Positions 1-8,654 of a stretch of 47,786 bases of DNA are shown in pieces. Position 1 is the stretch's first letter; each line of letters begins with the position of its first letter. Origin of the DNA: Thermotogota bacterium (GTDB lineage: Bacteria > Bipolaricaulota > Bipolaricaulia > UBA7950 > UBA9294). A model generated the notes under the pieces. It saw nothing but the letters and a program-made list of their open reading frames with translations. It was not told the DNA's origin and searched no databases. The stretch covers positions 1-47,786 of the forward strand of contig JBDKUT010000015.1 in the NCBI GenBank assembly GCA_039679545.1. Direction: 5' to 3'. Both the position numbers and the translations under genes were made by a program.

Positions 1-2198
1 GAGGCCGGAGTTCCCGATCCTCCCGGCTGCAGGTCGAGGCCACCGCCTAACCAGTTGGCGATCGCGCCGATAACCTGGCCGTCGACGTGGCGACTCAAGT
101 GTTGGTCCTCCGAGTCCGCGGACTCGCCGTGCTGCCGCGCCAGGTGGTTTACGTCCGGGAGGATGGCCAGCGTGACGTCGCTGTTGCCGCTGTCACTCGC
201 CGCGCGGGCGAGAAGGCCGGCTTGTCCGAAGGGAACTTGGAAGTCTTTGTCTCCCTGCACGATCAGCGCCCGCGTTTTCACTTGGCCCAACACGGCGACG
301 GGGTCGACCGCGAGAAGGTCCCTTACGAGAGCCGGCGCCAACTCCCGGCGCCGAGCGAACTCCTCTTCGCTCATCCACGGAAGCGCCGCTCGAGCCTCTT
401 CGTACGAGACATCATCCCACGTTCCGCTCGTCCCCGCGAGGAACTTGTAGAAACCTTTCTCCTCGGAAAGCCGCCGCTCGATCTCCTCCGCAGTGACGCC
501 ATCTGCCCTCGCTCGTCGCGCGAACTCGTCGAAAGCCATGACATCCGGAGCATAGGCGGGGGCTCCAAAGGTAATCACACCGGCGGTCGTTCCCTGCGAT
601 GCAAGCAGCGACGCGATCGTACCGCCCACGCCAACGCCCAGCGCATAGATCTTCGCCCGATCGGCGAACGGCAAGGCGCGGAGGACGAAGATGGCAACCT
701 GAGCATCAGAAAGCAGGGTGCCCAGTTGGACATCGCCGTAGTCGCCTTCGCTCTTTCCGGTTCCCCGCGCGTCGAGCCGGTAGGAGGCGATCCCCACCTG
801 TGCCAAACCGTGGGCGATCTCCTTGAGGACGCCCGTCTGCAGGCCGGGGCGATCTCCGTTGCGATCGAACGGCCCGAGGTCAGGGAGGAGAAGAACGACC
901 GGCAAGGTCGCTCCACCGGTTGCAGGATACGTCAGGGTCCCGTCGAGCTTGACGCCTTCGCTTGTGATCGGAAGGTCAGCCTCGAAGATTCCCATCGGAA
1001 GAGCCAACGCCTCGATGGATCGTCGCTCGACGAGAAATCCTTGAGGGAACCGGTCGCTTCGATACGCGAAGAGACCCTCGGCGGGGACCTCGACTCCGAC
1101 CACGCGGCCGTCCAGGACGTAGTACACGGCCTCCCACGGGCCACCGATCGTCACCGTACGCCGCTCGGCGGCCAGCCGCTCCGCCGGCGTCGACAGCGTT
1201 ACGGTCTCCGGGGCGCTGATTGTGAAGGCGGACTCGCTTCCCTTCTGGGGTACGACGACGGACGGGCTTTCGGACCCTTCGAGCTCCTTCCGCACGTTCT
1301 CCAGGACCACGAACGGAGCGAAGACGTCCTCGTCGAGGATGGCGACGCCCCCTGCCGGAAGGACCTTGACCTGCATGTTGTCTAGAGTCCCCGACGACAC
1401 CTCGATCGCTTCCGCGCCGACGCCCACGAGGATGTCGAGGGGACCGTTGCGCGTGGCCCCGCGCAGGGCATACGCCTTGGCACGGAACGTTTCATCGGTC
1501 AGCAGCGCTCCCGTGAACGCCGTGACTCCGGACAGACGGCGGCCGGTCCCCGTACAACGAAGGGCGAACCCCTCAGGCAAGCGGTAGAGTTCAAACGATT
1601 CCCGTCCGATCGGAACCCCCGACTGCAGGACGACGAAACTGCCTGTCTGAATGACATCCCCGGCCACGGAGCGGATCATGTCGCCGATTGGATCAGCCTC
1701 ACCCGACGCCGAGATGTCATGTTCGAATTCGCTCAGGGCGGCCTCAACCTCGCCGACCCGTTCCGACAGCGCGTGGACATCGTCGCTCAGGCCGGGCAAC
1801 GCTGCGTTCAGATCGTCGAGCTGCGTGAAGGCCTCGTCCATCCGCCGCACCAATACGTCCACATTGCTGTCCGAGACCTGAGGCGCAGGGCCTACTTGCC
1901 CGAGTTCGGGAAGAACCTCATCAAGTCGCCGTGAGAGCGCGTCGATATCACCGGCCTGTTCGGCGGAAATCTCACTCAGGCGGCGGGTCAGTTCATCGAA
2001 GCGAGCGGTGAGCGCCGGGTCGACCGCCGCGCGGCTCGACTCCATCTGCCGTCCCAGGCGGGTCAACTCCGTGCGAACGACGGCAAGATCGCGCCCACTA
2101 CGCCGGCCCGAGATTAGGGCGCAAACCGAAAGGATGAGGGCCGCAACCACAAGAACGGCGGCAAGCCCCGAGAGCGACCTCCAAAGGCGGCTGTTCAT
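1..2198 (-). CDS. Membrane-anchored coiled-coil + alpha/beta-hydrolase-fold protein (3' end runs off the window; nucleophile Ser replaced by Gly)
   Basis: Absent from the ORF track because no stop lies inside the window; translated by hand from ATG 2198 (SD GAGGAGGG): MNSRLWRSLSGLAAVLVVAALILSVCAL..., helical heptad-like region, then LDGTLTYP...GPFDRNG...IASYRLDARGTGKSEG...IYALGVGVGG...VQGDKDFQV...PDVNHL. Confidence 0.85.
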   Translation of the reverse strand, partial: MNSRLWRSLSGLAAVLVVAALILSVCALISGRRSGRDLAVVRTELTRLGRQMESSRAAVDPALTARFDELTRRLSEISAEQAGDIDALSRRLDEVLPELGQVGPAPQVSDSNVDVLVRRMDEAFTQLDDLNAALPGLSDDVHALSERVGEVEAALSEFEHDISASGEADPIGDMIRSVAGDVIQTGSFVVLQSGVPIGRESFELYRLPEGFALRCTGTGRRLSGVTAFTGALLTDETFRAKAYALRGATRNGPLDILVGVGAEAIEVSSGTLDNMQVKVLPAGGVAILDEDVFAPFVVLENVRKELEGSESPSVVVPQKGSESAFTISAPETVTLSTPAERLAAERRTVTIGGPWEAVYYVLDGRVVGVEVPAEGLFAYRSDRFPQGFLVERRSIEALALPMGIFEADLPITSEGVKLDGTLTYPATGGATLPVVLLLPDLGPFDRNGDRPGLQTGVLKEIAHGLAQVGIASYRLDARGTGKSEGDYGDVQLGTLLSDAQVAIFVLRALPFADRAKIYALGVGVGGTIASLLASQGTTAGVITFGAPAYAPDVMAFDEFARRARADGVTAEEIERRLSEEKGFYKFLAGTSGTWDDVSYEEARAALPWMSEEEFARRRELAPALVRDLLAVDPVAVLGQVKTRALIVQGDKDFQVPFGQAGLLARAASDSGNSDVTLAILPDVNHLARQHGESADSEDQHLSRHVDGQVIGAIANWLGGGLDLQPGGSGTPA

Positions 2199-2311
2199 AC
2201 GTTCGTTCCCTCCTCGATCAGAGACAGGCCCCGAGATCGATGGGCATCCCATGAGGTTTCGAGTGGAGCTCGTTCAGTATAGACGAGGATGCGAGCAGGC
2301 GGAAGCCTTCA

Positions 2312-3634
2312 TCACGTCGTGGCGCCGGAGCGAATCAGCGCGTGGAGGATCTCGGTGCCGAAATCCACGGCCGCAACCGGGATACGCTCGTCGTGCGCGT
2401 GGATGGTTTCGAAGAACGGCACATCGGGGGGCAGGTTCATCGGCGTGTACCCGTATGTCTGGATGCCGAGCCGCGCGAGGTGACGCCCGTCGCTGCTCCC
2501 CGGCAGGATGTACGGAATCGCCACAGCGCCCGATTCCTTGGACGCGAGCAACCGGCCGAGGAGGTCGAACAAACCGAGGTCGACTTCGGTTCCAGCGGTC
2601 TCGCCACTGACGATGCGCGCTTCGGCGTCGCCGTGGAGTGCCGGCTCGATCTCGGCCACCAGGTCGTCGGGGGAGAATCCGGGGAGCACCCGCCCATCGA
2701 GGCCGATACGGATCTCACTCGGCACGACGTTCGGGCGATCGCCCCCACGAATGAGGGTAGCATTCACCGTATTCCGGAAGAGCGGTTCCAAATCGCGCCC
2801 GGTGGCGCCAAGGCGTGCAAGCAGACGATCGGTCGACGCCGGATGGAGCAGCCGACGCACGAAGAGCCCATCCACGCGCGCAAGATGATCGGCAAGAGCC
2901 TCGACCATCCGCCGCGTGACGTCGGTGATATGGATCGGCGTACGATGGCCGTCAAGATGACGCAAGACGTCGCCCGCTTTGGCCATCGCGCCGCCCCGCA
3001 TCGGCCGAGCACCGTGCCCGGCCAACCCACGGACGACAAGCTCGATCACCACCGGTGCCTTCTCCGCAACTTGGATCGGGTAGAAGACCCGTCCGCGGAT
3101 GCGGAGCGGAAACCCGCCGAACTCGCCGATCGCGTAGCGCACTCCGCGGAACACCTCGGGGTGCCCCTCCACAACGAACTTCGCCCCGTGAGTCCCTCCG
3201 GACTCCTCGTCGGCAAACAGGGCGAGCACGACATCTCCAGGCGGAGGGCTCTCTCGAGCGGCTCGCAGGAACGCCGCCAGCATCATCGCAACGCCGCCCT
3301 TCATGTCGAGAGCTCCCCGTCCCCACACACAGCCGTCGACGATCCGCCCCTCGAACGGAGGGTACATCCACCCCGTCCCGGCCGGAACGACGTCGAGGTG
3401 CCCGTAGAAGAGAAGTCCCGGGGCTTCGCCTCGGCCGGGAAGGCGCGCGATGAGGTTGGGTCGACCCGGCTCATCCTCGTAGCGCGCGGCCTTGACGCCG
3501 GTGGTCTGGAGGAGGGCCTCAACCTCGTCCACACACTCCGCCTCGCGTCCCGGAGGGTTGCTTGTGTCGAACCGGATGAGCCGTTGCAGCAAGAGAGCCG
3601 GGCGCCTTTCGATTCCTTCATCGATCACGGCCAT
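2312..3634 (-). CDS. M20/M25/M40 family metallo-peptidase/deacylase
   Basis: Motifs GHLDVV, GRGALDMKG, ADEESGG, IHAHDE. Confidence 0.93.
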   Translation of the reverse strand: MAVIDEGIERRPALLLQRLIRFDTSNPPGREAECVDEVEALLQTTGVKAARYEDEPGRPNLIARLPGRGEAPGLLFYGHLDVVPAGTGWMYPPFEGRIVDGCVWGRGALDMKGGVAMMLAAFLRAARESPPPGDVVLALFADEESGGTHGAKFVVEGHPEVFRGVRYAIGEFGGFPLRIRGRVFYPIQVAEKAPVVIELVVRGLAGHGARPMRGGAMAKAGDVLRHLDGHRTPIHITDVTRRMVEALADHLARVDGLFVRRLLHPASTDRLLARLGATGRDLEPLFRNTVNATLIRGGDRPNVVPSEIRIGLDGRVLPGFSPDDLVAEIEPALHGDAEARIVSGETAGTEVDLGLFDLLGRLLASKESGAVAIPYILPGSSDGRHLARLGIQTYGYTPMNLPPDVPFFETIHAHDERIPVAAVDFGTEILHALIRSGATT

Positions 3635-3672
3635 CGCTCATCCCCCAGGCGGCGCCTTCGGCGACCTCGGCA

Positions 3673-4002
3673 TCACCACTTCTTGAACATGAAGAACGCC
3701 GCCGCTACGAGAAGCACAAACGCAACAAGGTAGTTCCAGCGGAGCGGCTCCTTGAGATACACCACGGAGAAACCCGCGAACACGACGAGGGTGATAACCT
3801 CCTGGATCGTCTTCAGCTGAGCCGCGGAGAACTCGCCGTGCCCCAACCGATTCGCAGGAACCTGGAAGCAGTACTCGACGAACGCAATCCCCCAGCTGGC
3901 CAAGATCGCGAGCCAAAGGGGCGAACTCTTGAACCGCAAGTGCCCGTACCACGCGATCGTCATGAAAACGTTCGAGACCAGAAGGAGACCAATCGTGCGC
4001 AA
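3673..4002 (-). CDS. DMT-superfamily small membrane protein (DMT_6-like)
   Basis: SNVFMTIAWYGHL...SWGIAFVEYCFQVPANRLG...QLKTIQEVITL signature; 4 hydrophobic segments. Confidence 0.9.
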   Translation of the reverse strand: MRTIGLLLVSNVFMTIAWYGHLRFKSSPLWLAILASWGIAFVEYCFQVPANRLGHGEFSAAQLKTIQEVITLVVFAGFSVVYLKEPLRWNYLVAFVLLVAAAFFMFKKW

Positions 4003-4042
4003 CGCGGCTCACCCCGGTGTGCTGCCAGTCCGAGAACGAAGC

Positions 4043-4070
4043 GGGGGGCGGCACAAACCACCCCCCTTTT
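4043..4070 (-). terminator. Stem-loop, probable intrinsic terminator after the small peptide gene
   Basis: Minus strand GGGGGGTGG-TTTGTG-CCGCCCCCC followed by gcttcgttct; a T4 run on the plus side, so possibly bidirectional. Confidence 0.55.
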
Positions 4071-4081
4071 CCCGCGAGAAC

Positions 4082-4159
4082 CTACTTCTTCTTGTCCGTC
4101 GGCTTGCTCGGCTTCTTCGCCGGCGCCGCCGGTTTCTTTCCGCATCCGCATCCGCTCAT
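4082..4159 (-). CDS. 25-aa Cys/Lys/Pro-rich peptide MSGCGCGKKPAAPAKKPSKPTDKKK
   Basis: SD AAGGGGGGA just before ATG 4159, own sigma70-like promoter upstream, hairpin downstream; the ORF track extends it to 4300. Confidence 0.6.
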   Translation of the reverse strand: MSGCGCGKKPAAPAKKPSKPTDKKK

Positions 4160-4196
4160 GGGTCCCCCCTTCGTCGGCCAAAGCGCCGACACCAGC

Positions 4197-4224
4197 AGGA
4201 TAGTCTCCTCTACGCTGTTGTCAA
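4197..4224 (-). promoter_or_regulatory. sigma70-type promoter for the small peptide
   Basis: TTGACA (4224-4219) -16 nt- TATCCT (4202-4197). Confidence 0.6.
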
Positions 4225-4296
4225 GACTGCTCGAGTTCCGGCCGTCGCCGAGTTGGTCGCCCCCTGTCGTCCGTGGAAAACGTACCAACCGGCCTG

Positions 4297-4896
4297 TCAC
4301 TTGGCGACGCGCCGCTTCGGCCGCGTGCTACCTGGCTCGTCGGGCCACTCTCCGCGCAGGAGGCCGTACAACACGAGGTCGTAGCGACGTCCGTCCCGCT
4401 CGCCGTACTCCCGGAAGACACCTTCCCGCTTGAATCCCGCCTTCTCGTACAGCGCGACGGCTCGCGCGTTGTCCGCGATCACGGAGAGCGAGAGACGGTG
4501 GAGGTTCATCTCGCAGAACCCGTAGCGCAGGGCAAGCGACAGCGCCTCGAACCCGTACCCCTGCCCCCAGAACGCGCGATCCCCGATCCCCATCCCTAGC
4601 CAGGCGACTCGGTTCGACCACTCGATGTCGAAGAAGCCGACCGATCCAATCAGCCGGTCATCGTCGAGAGTGCGGATACCGAACGCGAGGGAATCGAACC
4701 CGTTGTGGAGCGAGTCGATCTCTTCCTCGGCCCGCTCGATCGATAAGGGGACCGCCGTGTTCGTGTCCTCAAGGCGGAGGTACCCGATGTCCTCCGACCA
4801 CGCGGAGATCGCGGGGGCGTCCTCCTTTCGGAGCGCGGCGAGCCGAAGCCGCCGTCCTGCAAGCCAGTTACCCTCTGTGGAATCAGTTCTCGCCAT
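4297..4896 (-). CDS. GNAT N-acetyltransferase, RimJ/RimL-like
   Basis: FWGQGYGFEA, NLHRLSLSV..NARAVALYEKAGFKREG. Confidence 0.92.
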   Translation of the reverse strand: MARTDSTEGNWLAGRRLRLAALRKEDAPAISAWSEDIGYLRLEDTNTAVPLSIERAEEEIDSLHNGFDSLAFGIRTLDDDRLIGSVGFFDIEWSNRVAWLGMGIGDRAFWGQGYGFEALSLALRYGFCEMNLHRLSLSVIADNARAVALYEKAGFKREGVFREYGERDGRRYDLVLYGLLRGEWPDEPGSTRPKRRVAK

Positions 4897-5002
4897 TCTC
4901 CATCCACCTCGCCGTGGCAGCGCCGTGCCAAGGTTCCTCGAGGGCCGCCGACGGACACGCCATCGGAGCGGGCGGTCTGCCCCTTGGGGAATCCGCGTCG
5001 GT

Positions 5003-5512
5003 CTAGAAGTAGAAGTGAACTCCTGTGCCGATCGCCATGTTCACATTGCCGAGCGTCGAGCAGGCCACCCCGAACTCGATGTTCCACGCGAGGTTTGGAG
5101 CGAAGCGAAAGTTGAATTCGATGCCCCCGACTCCTGCAAAGAAGACCTCGCTTCCGCTGTACAGCGGGAACGGCAAGGTGGCCCCCGCCGCAACGTAGAA
5201 GTCCACCGCAGACGCGTCCACGACGCGGAACAGGGCGCGCAGGGTGGCAGTCCCCTCGAACCACCCCGAGGATCCGTTCACGAGAACGACGCCCTCCGCT
5301 CCGATCTCGGGGGACAGCCAGTATCTGGCGCTGACTAGTCCTCCCCAGGGATACTCGACTTGGATACCAATCCCCAGTGTTCGGCCGTCGGAGAGGTTCC
5401 CCTCGAGAGAGTTCTCCGAAACGCCAACTATTTCTGCATCCTGCGCTTCAGCAATTCCAACTGCGAGGCACAGCACAGCAACAAGTGCCACCCCCACACG
5501 GATCCGCTTCAT
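5003..5512 (-). CDS. Secreted outer-membrane beta-barrel-like protein
   Basis: Signal peptide (AEA), alternating amphipathic strands, C-terminal GVHFYF. Confidence 0.7.
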   Translation of the reverse strand: MKRIRVGVALVAVLCLAVGIAEAQDAEIVGVSENSLEGNLSDGRTLGIGIQVEYPWGGLVSARYWLSPEIGAEGVVLVNGSSGWFEGTATLRALFRVVDASAVDFYVAAGATLPFPLYSGSEVFFAGVGGIEFNFRFAPNLAWNIEFGVACSTLGNVNMAIGTGVHFYF

Positions 5513-5539
5513 GGCTCATCCCCCCCGCACGTTGTGCTC

Positions 5540-5568
5540 ATCATACGATCAGGCAGGTTCGGCGCCAA
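5540..5568 (-). promoter_or_regulatory. sigma70-type promoter of the beta-barrel gene
   Basis: TTGGCG -17 nt- TATGAT on the minus strand. Confidence 0.5.
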
Positions 5569-5670
5569 TTGCGGACGGCGGGGCGTGGCACGGTGCCGCA
5601 AACGGACGGAGTGCGGCGGGCCGAGCGGCAGACGTGGGCGGTTGAGCGGCGCGCGGTAGAATGGACCATC

Positions 5671-8586
5671 ATGGGTGGACGAGCGGTAAAGGGATTTTGT
5701 GGGGCGGCGCCAAGCCCGTACGATGGGGCGGCGCCAAACCTGTACGACGGGGTAACGCCAAGCTTGCACGCCAGGGCGGTGCCCACTGCACGCGCTCGGG
5801 TGGTCTTCCTCCTCCTCGTATGGAGCCTGTGCGTCCTCGCGGCATCTGCCGATGAAGCGAAACTCGATTGCGCGGGCCCCGAAGGTCCCTACCAGGTTCC
5901 CGCCACCGTCAGTTGTTCGGAGATCCTGACGGCGGAGGATGCGGCGGAGCAGTTCCTCGACGCCCTCCTGCAAGAGCGCGAGGAACAGACGCCGGAGTTC
6001 CTGGCGGCCGCGCTGGAAGTGGAAGCGACACGGGTTTGCGGGCAACGCCCTGAGAAGGGCACGGTCGGGGAACTCCTCGGCGTCGATCGGTGGGGGTGCG
6101 ACGCAGGGTTCACCCGCCGAAATCTCTGTCAGGGATATATGCTTGAGAAGATCGAGGCGCTCGATCACGGCTACGCCGTGGTGTACCAAGTGGTGGTCGC
6201 CCCCGGAGGAAGCGGCTTGGCGTACTTCGACACGGCATCGGCTGTTCGATACAAGACCACCACGGGTGATGTCCGGATCGTTGCCGGCCTGTCGCTCTCG
6301 TCGGGTCCAGGATCAACTCCGTCCCCCGAGTACGAGGATTCGGTCAAGACGGCGAGAAAGGGACAGGCTCGGACCGTCCTGTCCGACGCACTTGCGTATT
6401 GCGAGAACTACAAGACCGAATACTGCCGTGCGCTGCGCGGCCTCGCCGCGCGGATCACCGCACCTCCGTCCAGCGTCGCTCCCGAGGATCGCCGTGGGCC
6501 GATCGAGCTGGTCGTCGTCGCCGCGGCGCCGGAACACATAGCCGCATCACAGAACCTCGACCTCACAAGCGAGGATGTGTCGCTCATATCCGTCAGCGGC
6601 ATCGTCGCTGACGAGGTGGGCATCCCCGTCCCGAACGCTCAGATTCGCTTCCGGGATTGGGATATCGTCGTCGCAACGGACATCCACGGCTCCTATCGTC
6701 TCTCGGCGTTCGGAACCGGAGGGACGCCGGTCGCGAAGCGAGTGAACCTGACGCTGCAACGCGTGCAGCTTTCCGTCACGCCAGAAGCAAGGCCGGACGG
6801 AGGCCGCTATGCGGGAGTCGCCGCGGACGGGACATCGACCCTTGCCCTTGCCCTTTCGGCTCGCGGTATTCGCCTTGACACGGTCACGGTCCAAGCTCCG
6901 AGGCTCGGGACGCTCCGCGGAACCAGTGGAGCCGCTCGGTCGGTCCCACTCGACGCGGAGGGCCGGGGAACGCTTACGTACATCCCGCCGACCGACCTCG
7001 CGACGGACGTCCTGTCTCGCTCCCTCGATGGCGAATCCGCCCCCGTATGGGCGGCCGCCGTTCCGCTTACCTTCGAGTACAGTGATCGGGAGGGAAACCG
7101 CGCGAGCACAACGGTCGAGGTCTTCGTCTGCCGTCCGCCGATCGTCGTGACGTACGCGTTCGCGGCGGATCAAGCCGCATGGACGACCTTCGCAGAGTAC
7201 GCGCGGAACGCCAAGTTCGACCCGACCCTGGCTCCTGCGTTCGCCGCGCCCACGGTGATCGGCTCGCTCGAGGAACAGGCCGAGCTGTTGCGCCGGACGA
7301 TCTCCGAGCGCCTGCGCGCGTACGCGGTCCTCGGCATCAAGGCACCCAAGGCCGACGTCGTGGCACACAGCCTGGCCGGTCTCGTCGCGCGGCACGCGGT
7401 CGAGGAGCCCGCTGACGGACACACAATGGTGCGAAAGCTCCTCCTCGTCGCAACTCCGAACCACGGCATCTCGTGGCTTGAGCTTCCCCAGGCTTTCCTC
7501 ACCTCGTGGCTCGATCAGCACCCCGTCGCGGCCCAAGAGCTCGCCGAGGATTCCGAGTTCCTCCGTCGCCTGAACGCTGGTGAAGCCACAGGAACGCACC
7601 TGAACCCGGACGTGCAGTACGCGAACCTCGTCGGGCGGCGAACGGAGCTTCGCGCCGGAGGAGACATCGGGTTGGGTGCGGCAGAGGACGACGGGTTCGT
7701 GGACACTGCATCCGCCCACCTGAACGGCGTGCCGGACTTCATCTTCGACGGGGTTCGTCACTCGGAGGCCCTGGCTCTACGCGACATGGCCGTGGCGTCC
7801 TTCGCCGACGTTCAGGCAAAGATCACAAGCCTTCTCCAGCGGGACCTTCCCCGCGCTGACCTCGACGACACGCGGCTTGAGCTCTGGAAGGGTGGAGGAC
7901 AGGTTGAGATCTCCCCCCAAGTGTGGGTGGGAGCGTGGACGAGCGTCACGCAGTTCCCTGTGTCCCTGCGCCCGACCTTCGGCGTACGCACCGGCAAAGC
8001 AAGCTACGCCGCCGTGGGGATGTACACCTCGCAGGGCCAGTGGGGAACGCTCGGACTTGACGAGGACAGTGAAGCCATCGTCCATTCAAGCTCGCCGAAC
8101 GTCTTGCGGATCCAACTCGTGGCGGGCAAGGCGCGGTTTCGTCGGTTGCCCGGCACGTCCGGTGGCGATTACGAAGTTGTCCTAGCGACGGGTCCGGCGA
8201 ACGGCCCGTGGTATGCCGCTCGCCGCAGCATTCGCGTGCTCGGCCGAGACGCCGACTTCGCGGTGTCGACCGGCGACGTGGTCACCGTGTCCGCCCTCGA
8301 TTCGCGCCTTCTTGTCGAAACCTCCGATGCATCCGGCGCCTCGACGGCCCGATGGGTCGACGAGTCTCGCGAGGCGCGCATCAAAAGCTCCGGGTTGGTC
8401 GAGGACGAAGCAGTGCCCGGCGGCGGCTGGTGGACGAAGAGCGTCTGGCGAGAGCCGGGTCCGCCGTTTCGGTTCCCTCTATGGATGCTTGCGGTCACGC
8501 TGGTAGGCCTTGCGGCGGCCGCCGTCTACCACGTTCGCGCTTCCCGCCGTGAAGCGCACTCAAGGCAAGCTGGGAAGTCAGACTGA
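5671..8586 (+). CDS. Large surface protein: signal peptide, Ig/carboxypeptidase-regulatory-like domains, PGAP1/lipase-type alpha/beta hydrolase, FecR-like beta region, C-terminal TM anchor
   Basis: VSGIVADEVGIPVPNAQI..TDIHGSY; GVAADGTS; VVAHSLAGL..ATPNHG; EDDGFV; VRHS; terminal hydrophobic helix plus basic tail. Start uncertain (5671 or GTG 5779). Confidence 0.75.
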   Translation: MGGRAVKGFCGAAPSPYDGAAPNLYDGVTPSLHARAVPTARARVVFLLLVWSLCVLAASADEAKLDCAGPEGPYQVPATVSCSEILTAEDAAEQFLDALLQEREEQTPEFLAAALEVEATRVCGQRPEKGTVGELLGVDRWGCDAGFTRRNLCQGYMLEKIEALDHGYAVVYQVVVAPGGSGLAYFDTASAVRYKTTTGDVRIVAGLSLSSGPGSTPSPEYEDSVKTARKGQARTVLSDALAYCENYKTEYCRALRGLAARITAPPSSVAPEDRRGPIELVVVAAAPEHIAASQNLDLTSEDVSLISVSGIVADEVGIPVPNAQIRFRDWDIVVATDIHGSYRLSAFGTGGTPVAKRVNLTLQRVQLSVTPEARPDGGRYAGVAADGTSTLALALSARGIRLDTVTVQAPRLGTLRGTSGAARSVPLDAEGRGTLTYIPPTDLATDVLSRSLDGESAPVWAAAVPLTFEYSDREGNRASTTVEVFVCRPPIVVTYAFAADQAAWTTFAEYARNAKFDPTLAPAFAAPTVIGSLEEQAELLRRTISERLRAYAVLGIKAPKADVVAHSLAGLVARHAVEEPADGHTMVRKLLLVATPNHGISWLELPQAFLTSWLDQHPVAAQELAEDSEFLRRLNAGEATGTHLNPDVQYANLVGRRTELRAGGDIGLGAAEDDGFVDTASAHLNGVPDFIFDGVRHSEALALRDMAVASFADVQAKITSLLQRDLPRADLDDTRLELWKGGGQVEISPQVWVGAWTSVTQFPVSLRPTFGVRTGKASYAAVGMYTSQGQWGTLGLDEDSEAIVHSSSPNVLRIQLVAGKARFRRLPGTSGGDYEVVLATGPANGPWYAARRSIRVLGRDADFAVSTGDVVTVSALDSRLLVETSDASGASTARWVDESREARIKSSGLVEDEAVPGGGWWTKSVWREPGPPFRFPLWMLAVTLVGLAAAAVYHVRASRREAHSRQAGKSD
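5701..5796 (+). repeat. Degenerate 24-bp tandem repeat, 4 units
   Basis: ggggcggcgccaagcccgtacgat / ggggcggcgccaaacctgtacgac / ggggtaacgccaagcttgcacgcc / agggcggtgcccactgcacgcgct. Confidence 0.8.
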
Positions 8587-8654
8587 GCGTCGTCTCGCCG
8601 TGACCACGGGAGACAGGCACTCAGATCTCAGACCGAGGAGGAAGATCGGTTGAC

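Noticed and set aside
87..1385. 432-aa plus-strand ORF
   Set aside because: Codon-aligned antisense shadow of the real minus-strand hydrolase gene; no motifs.
5377..5670. N-terminal extensions in the ORF track (also 12505-13122, 24334-24813, 24769-25176, 33535-33714)
   Set aside because: They overlap other genes or promoters; downstream starts have better SD or promoter context.
5701..5796. Possible CRISPR array
   Set aside because: Units are contiguous with no spacers, and there are no cas genes.
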